Shown in pieces: positions 35,530 to 49,706 of a stretch of 64,000 bases of DNA. The notes under the pieces were generated by a model. The model saw nothing but the letters and a program-made list of their open reading frames with translations, searched no databases and was not told the DNA's origin. Source of the DNA: Chiloscyllium plagiosum (taxonomy: Eukaryota); the NCBI RefSeq assembly GCF_004010195.1, contig NC_057720.1:18949220-19013219 (forward strand). Reading direction: 5' to 3'. Each line of letters opens with the position of its first letter. Position 1 is the first letter of the stretch. The position numbers and the translations under genes are program-made.

Positions 35530-35780
35530 TCTGTGGATGCTGGAAATCTGAAACGGGTGTATAAAATGCAGGAGAAACACAACTCTGGCAGCATCTGTGG
35601 AGAGAGAAATAGAGTTAATGTTTTGCCTCTGATATGATTTGCAAAATCAGTCATGTCAGAATAGTTCTGGACAGTTGAGGCCAAATAATACAGGATCAAT
35701 CATATCAGACTTGAAACGTTAACAGTTTCTCTCTCCACAGATACTGCCAATCCTGCTGAGTCTTTCCAGCATTTTCTATG
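35530..35780. repeat. Palindromic Penelope-terminus-derived element
   Basis: ggcagcatctgtggagagagaaa (about 35588) is inverted relative to tttctctctccacagatactgcc (about 35726). Confidence 0.65.
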
Positions 35781-35977
35781 ATTGATCTTGTATTATTTGT
35801 CCTTTATTGCAGGACAGCTAAGTAATATGCAGTAGGGAATGGTGTGATGGCTGCTGCTTGAAACACTAAAATGGAAACCTTTCAAGACTATTGCCGATAT
35901 TCTAAAATAGGTTGCTAATGAATAGATTCTGAACTGACTACTATACCTGAGAGTCTGAGAATAGATGGTGAAGTCAG

Positions 35978-36342
35978 TAGAATCATAGAATCCCTACAAT
36001 GGACAAAGCAGCCATTTGGCTCATTTGAGTCTGCACCAATGCTCCAAAAAGTCCCCCACCCACACCCCTACCCCTATTCCTGTGACCCTGCATTTTCATA
36101 TGGTTAATTCAGCTAGCCTGCATATCTATGGACACCACAAGGTAATTTAGCATGGTCAATTCACCTAACCTGCACATCATTGGACTGAGGAAACCAGAGC
36201 ACTGGTAGAAACACATGTAGACATGGAGAACATGCAAACTCCACACACACAGACAGATAGAATTCCCAAGGCTGGAATTGAACCCAGATCCCTGACATGT
36301 GTGAAGCAATAGCGCTAATCACTGAGTCATTGTGCCATCCCA
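35978..36342 (-). mobile_element. Degenerate HE1-like SINE
   Basis: Homologous to 4040-4355. Confidence 0.75.
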
Positions 36343-36401
36343 GTAACTCTTTGTATGGTCTTAAGTTCTTGAAAAATACATTGGATCACCTGATTTCATG
36401 T

Positions 36402-36890
36402 TAGAGTCATTGAGGTGTCCAGTATAAAACAGACCCATCCGTCCAACTTATCCATGCCAACCAGATACCCAACCTAATCTCATCCCATTTGCCAGCACTC
36501 AACCTATATCCCTCTCAACCCTTTCTATTCATATACACATCGAGACGCCTTTTAAATGTTGTAATTGTACCAGCTCCACCACTTCCTCTAGCAGCTCATT
36601 CACCCCTCAAGCTCTGACACTCAAGGGAAAACAGACCTAGCCTATTCAGCCTCTCCCAATAGCTCAAACCCTCCAACCCTAGCAACATCCTTGTAAATTT
36701 TCTTTGAACCTTTTCAAGTTTCACAACATCCTATTGGGTGAGACCAGAATTGGACACAGTATTCCTAACCAATGTCTTGTATTGCTGCAACATGACTGCC
36801 CAACTCCTATACTGAATGCACTGATCAATAAAGGCAAGCATGCCAAATGTCATCTTCACTGTCCTGTCTACTTGTGAGTCCACTTTGAAG
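36402..36890 (-). mobile_element. CR1/HER1 LINE fragment
   Basis: Homologous to 21793-22245 and 48790-49705. Confidence 0.8.
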
Positions 36891-38147
36891 ACACATTTGT
36901 TGTTTTATTGCAGCGGGTTGTTGTGATCTAGAATATGCTACTGGTGGAGGAAGATTCCATAGCAACTTACAAAAGGGAATCGGATAAAAAATGCAATGGG
37001 GCAATTACAAAATAGGAAATAGCAGGGCAGTGGAATTAATTTCCAAGAGCTGGCATGGACAAGGCTTCTTGATTAATTTATAGAATTTTGATTAAAAAAC
37101 TCAAATTTGTAGAATGTCTTTTGGAATTTATTGTTTTTCTCTGTAATCAAGGACTTGAGTGATATTTTGTAGTGTGGGATTATCAGATCTCCAGTGTCTT
37201 TAATTATGCTATTGTTATAGCATTTTTTTGGGTGTTTCCAAGAAAACACAAGTAACTGAAAATAATTCTTGTCATTGCCAAAAATCAATGTTCTCCTATT
37301 ATGGTGCTACCTTGGATCAAGCCCAGTTGCAGTGGTATTATAGAATATTGGTGCCCCTTCCCAAATCAAAATGGCACTTTCACTAGTTATAGCTTTCCTA
37401 CTGAATGTGTTGAGATCATTTAATTAAACTCAGATCAAGAACCATATGGATCTATTTCCCTGTGATCATGGTTTTACTTGCTGAACGATGGTACAACTAC
37501 TATTTGAGATTATGGTAGGATTATAATGTGTCAAGTATCAAGCAATGCCTCCAAAATGAACTTCTGTGGTTGATCAAAATGGAAGTAGCCAAGTTTAGGA
37601 ATATTGTTCACTGAATTGTTGAAATTAGACAACCTGTCTTTTCTCCAGTATAAAGGGTTCTTTCACAACTAGAGTTGAACATAGGCCAAGCTTCCTGAAA
37701 TTTGACACAGAAATAATACAAAGTCAGGCAGTGTTGAGGAATTTTAAGGATTTGCATAATCTTTGTATCAAAACTCTATACTGGCAACAGACCCAGGAGG
37801 GATATGGATTACATGTTTCATATGATGTTAATGGGAAATTCAATACCTAAAGAAAATAAACAACATGGATCAAGAACGTAAGTGAGATGTTTTTATTTCA
37901 CAGGCTGTGGGTGTCACTGGCCAGGCCAACACTTGTTGCCTTTTTGGGTTGTGGATTTGCATTCTTGTTGAAGGGTCCTGCCCAAAACATTGGCTCTCCT
38001 GCTTTTTGGATTCTGCCTGACCTGCTGTGCTTTTTCCAATGCCACATTTTATTGACCCTATTTGCGTTGAACTCAGTGGTGTTCAATGGCTGGGCCATTT
38101 CCTGAGGACAGTTAAGAATCAAACGGATTGCTGTGAAGGTTTCTCAC

Positions 38148-38395
38148 AGTTCCCCACAGTGTGAAAGCAGGCCATTTGACCCATTGTCCACACCAACCCT
38201 CCAAAGAGCATCCCACCCCTGTGACCCTGCATTTCCCATGGCTAATCCACCTAGCCTGCACATCTTTGGACTGTGGGAGGAAACCCATGCAGACATAAGG
38301 AGAATGTGTAAACTGCACACAGTCACCCAAGCTTGTAATTGACCCTGGGTCCATAGTGCTGTGAGGCAGCAGTGCTAACCATTGAGCCACCATGT
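38148..38395 (-). mobile_element. HE1-like SINE
   Basis: Homologous to 4040-4355 (gaggcagcagtgctaacca). Confidence 0.8.
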
Positions 38396-38659
38396 TGTTT
38401 GGAGTCACTTGTAGGCTAAACCAGATAAGGATGGTAGAATTCCTCCTCTAAAGGGCATTAGTGAGCCAGATAGGTTTTTTTTCAATCATCAGTAGTTGTT
38501 TTTATGGACACCATTACTGAGGGCAACATTATATTCCTTAATTGAGTTTAAATTCCACAATTTGAACTCATGTCTCCTGAGTGTTGAAACATTACTGGGC
38601 CCCTAGATTATTGGCCTAGTTGAAGAGAGGGAGGCTGAAAACAGGAAACTATAGATCAT

Positions 38660-39215
38660 TGAATCATTGAGATGTACAGCACGGAAACAGACCCTTCGGT
38701 CCAACTCATCCATGCTGACCAGATATCCTAACCCAATCTAGTCTGACCTGCCAGCACCTGGCCCATATCCCTCCAAACCCTTCCTATTCATATACCCATC
38801 CAGATGTCTTTTAAATGTTGCAATTGCACCAGCCTCCACCACATACCACCCTCTGAGTGAAAAGGTTGCCTCTTAGGTCTCTCATATATGTTTCGCCTCT
38901 CACCCTAATCCTATGCCCTCTAGTTCTGGACTCCCCCACCTCAGGGACTAAAATGTCCTATCCATGCCCCTCATAATTTTGTAAACCTCTATAAGGTCAC
39001 CTCTCAGCCTATGTCGCGCCAGGGAAAACAGCCCCAGCCTATTCAAGCTCTCCCCATAGCTCAAATCTTCCAACCCTGGCAACATCCTTGTAAATCTTTT
39101 CTGAACCCTTTCAAGTTTCACAACATCTTTCTGATAGGAAGGAGACCAGAATTGCACGCAATATTCCAACAGTGGCCTAACCAATGTCCTGTACAGCTGC
39201 AACATGACCTCCCAA
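38660..39215 (-). mobile_element. CR1/HER1 LINE 3' fragment
   Basis: Reads LYRTLVRPLLEYCVQFWSP..LERVQKRFTRMLPGL. Confidence 0.9.
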
Positions 39216-39854
39216 CTAAAATGAGAGGTAATAGTTACAGGGTAAGGGTAGCAGATTTAAAATGGAGATGAGGAGAAATTACATCACTCAAAGATTGTGA
39301 ATCTGTGGAATTCACTATCCTGGAGTGTTTGGATGGGGCTGGGACATTGAGTAAATTTGAGGAGATATGAAGTGGAGTTGAGGCCAAGATGAGATCAGTC
39401 ATGATCATACTGAATGGCTTAACAGGCTCGAGGGGCTGACTTACCTTCTCCTGCTCCTACTCATGTTTTGTGACACTTTGCAATGGTAAGTGTAATACCT
39501 TAAATATATAATTCCTATGGGCAATGATATTTTATGTTGCAATCTGGATGATATATTGAATTCAGTCATAGGATGTGGGCTTTGAAGGCCGCACCTGCAT
39601 TTATTGCCATCTGTAGTAACTCTTCAGAAAATGGCTGTCCACTTTCTTTAAACCCCAACAGGCCGTTTTGATGTAGGTACATGCTCAGTGCTGTTAGGGA
39701 GTTCCAAGATTTTGATCTAATGACACTGAAGGAATATTTCCAAGTGTGATTGTGTTTGGAGGGGAATTTTCAGATTTTCCCATACATCCACTGCCCCTGT
39801 CTTAAGTGATAGAGGTTGCGAGTTTGGAAGATGTTTTGGTGAATTTCTGCAGAG

Positions 39855-41410
39855 CATCTTTTATAGGTATGTGAAAGGGAAAAAAATGGTTAAGACTAAA
39901 ATTGGGCCCTTGAAGACAGAAACAGGGGAATATATTATGGGGAACAAAGAAATGGCAGAAGAGTTGAATTGGTACTTCAGATCTGTGTTCACTGGGGAAG
40001 ACACAAGCAATCTCCCAGAGGTAACAGTGGCTGAAGGACCTGAACTGAAGGGAATTTATATTTGTCAGGAATTGGTGTTGGAGAGACTGTTAGGTCTGAA
40101 GGTTGATAAGTCCCCGGGGCCTGATGGTCTACATCCCAGGGTACTGAAGGACGTGGCTCTAGAAATCNNNNNNNNNNNNNNNNNNNNNNNNNNNNNNNNN
40201 NNNNNNNNNNNNNNNNNNNNNNNNNNNNNNNNNNNNNNNNNNNNNNNNNNNNNNNNNNNNNNNNNNNNNNNNNNNNNNNNNNNNNNNNNNNNNNNNNNNN
40301 NNNNNNNNNNNNNNNNNNNNNNNNNNNNNNNNNNNNNNNNNNNNNNNNNNNNNNNNNNNNNNNNNNNNNNNNNNNNNNNNNNNNNNNNNNNNNNNNNNNN
40401 NNNNNNNNNNNNNNNNNNNNNNNNNNNNNNNNNNNNNNNNNNNNNNNNNNNNNNNNNNNNNNNNNNNNNNNNNNNNNNNNNNNNNNNNNNNNNNNNNNNN
40501 NNNNNNNNNNNNNNNNNNNNNNNNNNNNNNNNNNNNNNNNNNNNNNNNNNNNNNNNNNNNNNNNNNNNNNNNNNNNNNNNNNNNNNNNNNNNNNNNNNNN
40601 NNNNNNNNNNNNNNNNNNNNNNNNNNNNNNNNNNNNNNNNNNNNNNNNNNNNNNNNNNNNNNNNNNNNNNNNNNNNNNNNNNNNNNNNNNNNNNNNNNNN
40701 NNNNNNNNNNNNNNNNNNNNNNNNNNNNNNNNNNNNNNNNNNNNNNNNNNNNNNNNNNNNNNNNNNNNNNNNNNNNNNNNNNNNNNNNNNNNNNNNNNNN
40801 NNNNNNNNNNNNNNNNNNNNNNNNNNNNNNNNNNNNNNNNNNNNNNNNNNNNNNNNNNNNNNNNNNNNNNNNNNNNNNNNNNNNNNNNNNNNNNNNNNNN
40901 NNNNNNNNNNNNNNNNNNNNNNNNNNNNNNNNNNNNNNNNNNNNNNNNNNNNNNNNNNNNNNNNNNNNNNNNNNNNNNNNNNNNNNNNNNNNNNNNNNNN
41001 NNNNNNNNNNNNNNNNNNNNNNNNNNNNNNNNNNNNNNNNNNNNNNNNNNNNNNNNNNNNNNNNNNNNNNNNNNNNNNNNNNNNNNNNNNNNNNNNNNNN
41101 NNNNNNNNNNNNNNNNCAGCTTAAAAATAAGGGGTAGGCCATTTAGGACAGAGATGAGGAGAAACTTCTTCACCCAGAGAGTGGTGGCTGTGTGGAATGC
41201 TCTGCCCCAGAAGGCAGTGGAGGCCCAGTCTCTGGATTTGTTTAAGAAAGAGTTGGATAGAGCTCTCAAGGATAGTAGAATCAAGGATTATGGAGATAAG
41301 GCAGGAACAGGATACTGATTGAGGATGATCAGCCATGATCATAATGAATGGTGGTGCAGGCTCGAAGGGCAGAATGGCCTACTCCTGCACCTATTGTCTA
41401 TTGTCTATTG
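39855..41410 (+). mobile_element. Relatively young CR1 LINE spanning the second gap
   Basis: Reads KSPGPDGLHPRVLK and MRRNFFTQRVVAVWNALPQ, ending in a (ctattgt)3 tail. Confidence 0.9.
40168..41116. other. Assembly gap (949 N)
   Basis: Run of N. Confidence 1.
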
Positions 41411-42079
41411 TAGATGGCGTATGCTGCTGTTGGTCTACATCCATGGTGAATGAAGTGAATGTTGAAGGTGGTGGATTACTTTGATCTGGATTGTGTCAAG
41501 CTTTCTGGAGCTGCCTTCATCTGGGCAAGTGGAGATATTTGAAATTGCTTAAAAGTTGACAAACTGGAGGATGAAGATTGACAATTCTCTGGTCTTGATT
41601 GGGAGGCTTCATAGTTGAGGGTGAATAAAGATTTCCTTGTAAGAGTGCCTTGGTCTGTGACACAAAATGTGTGTATACTGGATAAAGATTGGGACCATTT
41701 TGTGTCTTCTAAAGACCCAGTTCCAAGTAAATTTCCTTTTTTTTTCACTTGTATAATGGTTTTCAAACCACATCCCTAGATTTTCAAAGCAATTAATTAC
41801 ATTTGAAGTGTTGTCACTTGTAGATGGATAAACAACTTTCAACTAGAAGTGTTAAAGAAATACATAGGACTTAAGCAACTAGATAATCTGCTAGTGGTTG
41901 AGGGAATAATTTTGTTTAGATCACCAGAAAACTACCCTGTTCCTCTATGAACGGTGTCAAGGATGTTTTACATGGAAGACAGAGCCTGAGTCTTATGCCA
42001 CATCTGAAAGTCAACACACCATTGGCGCAGTACTTCCTCATGATTACATTGAGGTGTCAACCTAGGTTATTGCCGAAGA

Positions 42080-42866
42080 ACATAGGAACAGGAGTAAGTC
42101 ATTCAGCCCCTCGGGCCTGTTCTGCCAATCAATCCAATCATGGCTGATCTATACCCTAACTCCATGTGCCTGCCTTTGGCCCATATCCCTTAACATGTTG
42201 GCTGAACAAAAATTGATCTACCTCAGATTTTAAAATTAACTAATCCAACATCAACATCATGCATTTGTGAAAGAGAGTTTCAATTATCTAGCACTCTTTC
42301 CGTAGAAGGGCTTCGTAACATCTCTCCTGAACGGTCTGGCCCTCATTTTTAGACTATTCCCCTCCTAGTTCTAGAAACGCCAACCAGTGGAAACAGTTTA
42401 TCTTTATCCATCTTGTCCTTTTCCTGTTATTATCTTGAAGACTTTGATCGGTTCATACTCTAACCTTCTAAAGTCTAGAGAAGACAGGCCTAATTTGTAT
42501 TATCTCCCTCAAACTTAACCCCTAAAGTCCCAGTATCATTCTTGTAAACTTACATTTTACTCCCTCCAAGGTCAATATAAGCTTCCTAAGGCGAGGTGCC
42601 CAGATGTATTCACAGTTCTCCAAGTGGGGTCTGATCTGGGTTTTGAATGACTGCAGCATAACTTCTGTGTCCTTAACTCTCTTTGAAATTGACCCTTTAA
42701 CTTTCTGTCCATTACTCCCTCCAAGGTCAATATAAGTTTCCTAAGGTGAGGTGCCCAGATGTATTCACAGTTCTCCAAGTGGGGTCTGATCTGGGTTTTG
42801 AATGACTGCAGCGTAACTTCTGTGTCCTTAACTCCCATTGAAATTGACCCTTTAACTTTCTGTCCA
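42080..42866 (-). mobile_element. CR1 fragment ending in a 155-bp tandem duplication (42557-42711 and 42712-42866)
   Basis: IRPHLENCEYIWAPHL is CR1 RT-like. The two copies differ at about 5 positions. Confidence 0.8.
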
Positions 42867-43369
42867 AATATTGAGTGTGCTACCACTGAGACATGGCTGA
42901 TATCTTAACCTTCAAATGACTCACAAGTAAAACATTATGAAATACCTTGTGTTAAGTCAAGTTCATTTTTGATTGAATTAACTTCAATTTTGAGTTAAGT
43001 AATTTTTGGCAGGTGGAGAGCTATGATTTAGTGCTTCCAAATCCTTATTGGCTTCTGTAGTCTCTAGTGTCGCATTTATAATTGTTCTGAAGCTTTATTT
43101 TCCCACTACAGTTAATAATTAAACTTATCCATAATGTCCAGGTTCAAATCTCATTACAACATTTACTCACATGCATTCGAGTATTTATAGATCACCCTGC
43201 TGCTTCATACAAAGTTGTTGCCAGGATTGTTACGAAGCAAATTTTTTGGGGGTAAATAATTACCAGATATGAACACAACTATGAACTCTGTGTGTACCTT
43301 TCCATTGTTCAAACATTTGCTTGAGGCTATGGCATGCTGCAGTACTGTAATGGAATCTGAGAATTGTTG

Positions 43370-44540
43370 GGGCACAGAAGCAGGCCATTTAGCTCATTGA
43401 GCCCATCAAGGCTCTCTGCAAAAGCAGTTTAGCAAGTCCCACTCCCTTTCCCTTTTTCCAGTGCTATGCATTTTTTCCCTCTTAAAGTGCTTATTCAATT
43501 CCCTTTGAAAGCCAATTGCTTTCACCACTCTTTCAGGCACTGCTCTTGCTGTGTAAGATATTCTTTGTTTCTGCTGCATTTGTTTTTCTTTAAATCACTT
43601 TTTAAACCTTGATCTTTTGGTTCTCAATGTTTTGCCAATGGGAACAGACTTTTTCCTGATCTACCCTACGTAGATTCCTTGTGAAGAACTCTAACAAATT
43701 TTCTCTTCCTTTCTCTTGCTTAAGAAGAATGATGCCAACTTTCTGAATCAAGGAGGCTAACACTTCAATCTTTGGCTGCTGTTTTTCATCTCTTGATTCA
43801 AAGGAGATCTTCAGGATGCTCAAGTCTTTCGGAAGGATTCCCCAGCTGTATGTACCTAGAATGGTTGCAGCAGAGAAAGAAGCCATTTGGTCTGTTATAC
43901 CCATGCTGGCTTTCTGCAAAAGGAATTCCCTTAGTCCTATTGCTCTGCCTTTTTCCTCCTTAGTCCTCCAAATTGTTCTTTATCAGGCACTCATCCAATT
44001 CCCTTTCAAAACCATTTGAATCTGCCTCCAACGTACTCGCAGATGTAGCATTCCAGATCTTAACCACTTGCTGTTTTTTTTTTAAAAAACTACCTCTTGT
44101 TGCCTTGCTTCTTTTCTCACTCACTGTCAATATGTATCCTCTGGTTCTTGATCATATTGTGAATGGGAACTGTTTCCTTCCATCTACTTGTCAAACACCT
44201 CATGATTTTGAATTCCTCTATCAATTCGCTCTCCACCATCTCTTCCATAAAGACAATAACCCTATTTTCTTGGACATATTCATTTAATTGAGCTCTCTGA
44301 TCTCTGGTACTATTGGACATTCTCTAAAGCTTTCACATCCTTCCGACAATATGGTGCCCAGAACTGGACAGTACTCCAGTTGAAGCCAAACTGTATAAAG
44401 GGTTAGCATAACTCCCTAGCTTTAACATTCTATACCTGTATTTATAAAGTGTAGGATCCCATACACGTTTAAGTAATTTTCTTAACAATTTCCAACATGT
44501 TCAAAATTTTGTATAGAATACATAGCCCCAGATCTGTCTC
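43370..44540 (-). mobile_element. Old CR1-type LINE fragments
   Basis: Degenerate ggtgcccagaactggacagtactccag and CR1-like tails. Confidence 0.6.
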
Positions 44541-45744
44541 TTCCTGCAATCTCTTGAATTTTATTGTCATGGCCGACCAAGTGCGCCACAATGTTGTCAG
44601 TAAAGTATAGATTAATACAGCATTTGTAGCCCGTTTTGAATTTGTAAGGATTCAAATTAAAGCTGAACAATAGTCAAACTTCCATTAAAACAGAACAGTG
44701 GTTAGTTTCTTACAAGTTATTACTGAGGGTTCCTTAGTGATTGAGTTATTAACATGAAATGACAAATATCAAGATTCAAATACAATTAAAACTCAAGAAT
44801 ACTTGTAAATAAGTCCCATTAAGTATCTATGTTAAGCAATTGGGGACCATTGCTTGAAGACCTTGTGCTGCAGTAAAAAGGTTAACAGTTGATACAGTGA
44901 GTAATGATCTCTTTTTAGTTGAATAGGTGGTGTTCTCTTGTAAAGATACATTTTCCAGACAGCAGATTTTGGGAGGGAGAGAACATTCCCATTCTTCTTC
45001 AATTCTGTGCTTTCTGCACATTTGGCCTGATTTTTAAGTGTTGGGATTTGGTATATTTTTGTTCTTTCTCTTTCCTTCTTCAAAATTCCCCTCGAAGGGT
45101 GGTTCTAAAAGTCTTTGTTTTTGTGGAATTGTAAGCACTTACTGTTCTTAGCCAGATTTCTTTATCCAGTTCAAAAACTCAAAATAGTGATATGTTAATT
45201 ATTGGGAGTAAAGATTTATGAGGCAAAGAAATCAGTTAGGCTGAGTCCCTTCGAGTCCTATATTTGTATGTTTGCAAACTCTTGGTATTTCAAGTGTCTC
45301 TCTGCAATTACTTGGCAGCTGTGGACAAGTGGCTGGCAGCAGTCTGTTTTATAGTCTCTTGCATTCAGTTAGTCAGATTCTCTTCAGAAAAATCAATAGT
45401 ATTATAATCCCTTTGTTCATAACGTGTCCTTTGTCTCATACTGCCATTTCTCATTCTCATGTGTGTTTCACATCACACCATTTCGTATTAAAATTCACTT
45501 GTTATGGCTATTAATTCAAAGTTACAATCTATTCCCCCTTTTTATGGCATGTAGAAACTATTCTTGTGTGAAATGGATAGTAATGATTATTTATAATATA
45601 ATTCAGGAAGATTGCTTTATATGATCCATTAATCAAAACGATATTTAATTAAACATTGTCTTGAGTAATTCATCATATAAATCAATGTTTAATTTTTAAA
45701 ACTGTGTATGTGTTTCCTAAGTCTTCAACACTTGTAGAGGTATA

Positions 45745-46150
45745 GAGTCATAGAGATGTACAACATGGAATCAAACCCTTCGGTCCAAGACCTCCATGCC
45801 AACCAGATATTATAACACGCACCACCTTCTGCATGAAAAAGTTGCCCCTTTTAAATCTTTCCCCTCTCACCCTAAACCTATGTTCTCTAGCTCTGCATTC
45901 ACCCACCCCAGGGAGAAGACCTTGTCTATTTACCCTATCCATGACCTTATAAACTTCTATAAGGTCACCACTTAGCCTCCGACGCTCCATGGAAAACAGC
46001 CCCAGCCTATTCAGCCTCTCCCTACAGCTCAAACCATCCAACCCTGGCAACAATCTTTAAATCTTTTCTGAATCCTTTCAAATTTCACAACATTCTTCTG
46101 ATAGGAGGGAGACCAGAATTGCACACAATATTCCAAAAGTGGTCCAATGT
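45745..46150 (-). mobile_element. CR1/HER1 3' fragment
   Basis: ORF 45748-46053 reads LNRLGLFSMERRRLSGDLIEVYK. Confidence 0.88.
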
Positions 46151-46279
46151 TACTTGGTTTCATAGTCTAAGGATCTTTTTATGTTGGTTTTAAAGCAGAT
46201 TGACAGTCATTTGTATTAGTTGTAATATTTTAATTACTTTGTAACAATATTAATCATTTGAGAAGTTTGCTGCATTTTT

Positions 46280-46985
46280 AGAAAGGCAAATCAGGACAGG
46301 ACTTATACTCTTAATGGTAAGGTCTTGGGGAGTGTTGTTGAACATAGAGACCTTGGAGTGCAGGTTCATAGCTCCTTGAAAGTGGATCGCAGGTAGATAG
46401 GGTAGTGAAGAAGGCATTTGGTATGCTTTCCTTTATTGGTCAGAGTATTGAGTACAGGAGTTGGGAGGTCATGTTGCGGCTGTACAGGACGTTGGGTAGG
46501 CCACTTTTTGGAATATTGTGTCCAAATCTGGTCTCCCTCCTATAGGAAGGATATTGTGAAAGGGTTCAGAAAACATTTACAAGGATGTTGCCAGGGTTAG
46601 AGGATTTGAGCTATAGGGAGAGGCTCAATAGGAGGGGCTGTTTTCCCTGGAGCGTCGGAGGCTGAGGGGTGACCTTATAGAGGTTTATAAAATCATGAGG
46701 GGCATGGATAGGATAAATAGACAAAGTCTTTTCCTTGGGTGGGGAACTAGAGGGCATAGGTTCAGGGTGAGAGGAGAAAGATTTAAAAGAGACCAAAGGG
46801 GCAACTTTTTCACACAAAGGGTGGTGCGTGTATGGAATGAGCTGCCAGACGAAGTGGTGGAGGCTGGTACAACATTTAAAAGGCATCTGGATGGGTATAT
46901 GAATAGGAATGGTTTAGTGGGATATGGGCCAAGTGCTGGAAAATGGGACTAGATTAGGAAAGGATATCTGGTTGACATAGACGAG
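46280..46985 (+). mobile_element. CR1/HER1 3' fragment
   Basis: ORF 46695-46952 reads TRGHRFRV..NFFTQRVVRVWNELP. Confidence 0.9.
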
Positions 46986-48182
46986 AATGTAGTTGATCAC
47001 TTTTGCTAAGACTCTGCTGTCTTGGAAAATCAATTTGGGAAGTTAAGTTTGGATTCATTGAGTCTCTGGAGATGGTGCTAATAAAGCTGAACATTTTCTC
47101 GAGTGTGTCACTAGATGCTTCCAGTGTGATCATTGTGACATAATATATAGAGTCTTACAGCATGGAGACAGACCATGCTGTAACTAACCAGTCTAACTCA
47201 TCCACGTGAGTGTTCTCTGTCAGTGTTAAAAGCAGCTGAAATGGTGCCATTATGTCATTGCAGATCTAGTGAATATTTTCCAAATCTCGACCATGCAGAT
47301 CCACTCAACACACTCAATTGTCACTCACTATAACATGGAGTTTTTGACTGCAAGAGGAGTCCACTGTTTCTCCACCTTGCTCCCATTCTGATCTCTCTTG
47401 TCTGGCTTACTGCTTTGTTCCAATAAAGTTCAAGAAACAGCACCTTATCTTTGGGAGGAGGCATGTTCCAGTCTTCCTGACTCAGCAGTGAGCCCAACAA
47501 TTACAAATGTGACCTCTGGCCCGACTTTGTTTCATTTCTCTTTGCTCATTTCAGTTTCACTCTTTTTTTTGGCTTTGTGACTGTAGCCATTCATCATTGT
47601 GCCTTTCACATCATTTCTCGACACATGTTTCATTTCTTTACTTGCCCCTTTACCACTCAATTTTTCCTTGGACTTTTAAGCCTAATATCATTTGATTTCT
47701 CCTGCTTTCCACTGTGTCCTTTCATTTGTCCTTTCAGTTTCTCTTCTTTAAAACTACTTATGTACAACCTTTCCCAGTTTTGATGAATGATCATCATGCA
47801 GAAATGTTAACTCTGTTTCTGTCCCAACAGATGTAGCCCAACCTATTTGGTATTGGCAGATTACTTACCTTATTTCAGAGTTTCAGCATTAGTAGTTTCT
47901 TGCTTTTGTATTAGTCTTCAGTTACTGCTACATCTCTTTCAGGAACCCTGAATACATTCTGTTCTTTTCTCAATGGGGTTACTGGTTTTTTGTCTTTTTA
48001 ACTTTCTTTCTTCCTATTTCTCCTCTTGTATTTGATCAGGTACCTGCAAAAAATCCTTTTGCACCCACATTGCTTTCATTTTTTTATTCACTCATGGAAT
48101 GTGGATGTTACTGGCTGGCCAGCATTTATTGCCCATCTGGTGAGCTGCCATTTGAATCACAGCAGTCCACATGCTGGAGTTT

Positions 48183-48486
48183 GGATGGCATGGTGGCACG
48201 GTGGTTAGCACTGCTGCCTCACAGCGCCAGAGACCTGGGTTCAATTCCCACCTCAGGCAACTGTCTGTGTGGAGTTTGCACATTCTCCCTGGTCTGCGTG
48301 GGTTTCCTCCGGGTGCTCCGGTTTCCTCCCACAGTCCAAAAATGTGCAGGTTAGGTGAACTGGCCATGCTAAATTGCCCATAGTGTTAGGGGAAAGGGTC
48401 CGGTGGGTTGCTCTTCGGAGGGTCGGTGTGGACTTGTTGGGCCAAAGGGCCTGTTTCCACACTGTAAGTAATCTAATCTAATCTAA
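48183..48486 (+). mobile_element. HE1-like tRNA-derived SINE
   Basis: tggcacggtggttagcactgctgcc..gggttcaattccc, ending in a (taatc)n tail. Confidence 0.9.
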
Positions 48487-48787
48487 AATACCATTAGGGA
48501 GGGAATTCCAGGGGTTTGACCCAGAGTTGGTGGAAGAATAACAATATATTTCCTTGTCAACTATCTCTGACTCAACGTTATTTCAACTGAAACTTCCCCA
48601 AGTCCTGCCCCCCATCGTCGAAATGTTTCATATTTACTCAAGATTACAGATATCTTGAACTACCCTGTCACAACCTAAGAATTAACACAATACAAGATGA
48701 TATCGTATGCATACTCTTAACTTCTCTTTTCACCAACACTGACTGAACCAAAGCAATCTTGGTCTGAAGGTTCATCTCATTGTTTGC

Positions 48788-49706
48788 ATCATAGAGATGT
48801 TCAGTACGGGAACAGACCCTTCAGTCCAACTCGTCCATGCTGACCAGATATCCCAACCTAATCTAGTCTCACTTGACAGCACCCGGCCCATATCCCTCCA
48901 AACCCTTCCTATTCATATACCCATCCAGGTGCCTTTTAAATGTTGGAATTGTACTAACCTCCACCCTAAACCTATGCCCTTTTCCATACACGCACCACAC
49001 TTTGCGTGGAAAAAGTTGCCCCTTAGGTCTCTTTTATATCTTTCTCCTCTCACCCTAAACTTATGCCCTTTAGCTCTGGACTCCCCCACCCCAGGGAAAT
49101 GTCTTTCTCTATCCTATTCATGCCCCTCATGATTTTATAAACCTTTATAAAGTCACCCCTTAGCCTCCGATGCTCCAGGGAAAACAGTCTCCGCCTATTT
49201 AACCTCTCCCTATAGCTCAAATCCTCCAACCCTGGCAATATCCTTGTAAATCTTTTCTGAACCCTTTCAAGTTGTACAACATCCTTCCAATAAGAAGGAG
49301 ACCAGAATTACACATAATATTCCAAAAGTGGCCTAATCAATGTCCTGTAAAGCCGCAACATGACCTCCCAATTCCTGTACTTAATACTCTGACCAATAAA
49401 GGAAAGCAGACCAAATGCCTTCTTCACTATCCTATCTACCTGCGACTTCACTTTCAAGGAGTTTATGAACCTGCAGTCTAAGGTCTCTTTGTTCAGCAAC
49501 ACAGCCAAGGACCTTACCATTAAGTGAATAAGTCCTACTAAGATTTGCTTTCCCAAAGTTCAGCACCTTGCATTTATCTAAACTAAACTTCATCTGCCAC
49601 TTCTCAGCCCATTGGCCCATCTGATCAAGATCCCATTGTAATCCAAGGTAACCTTCTTTGCTGTCCACTACACCTCCAATTTTGGTGTCATCTGCAAACT
49701 TACTCA
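48788..49706 (-). mobile_element. CR1/HER1 LINE fragment (RT FADD to 3' end)
   Basis: Reads SKFADDTKIGGVVDS..LQWDLDQMGQWAEKWQM. Confidence 0.92.

Noticed and set aside
39871..41284. ORFs over 400 aa across the second gap
   Set aside because: Artefacts of the 949-N gap. The flanks are CR1 ORF2.
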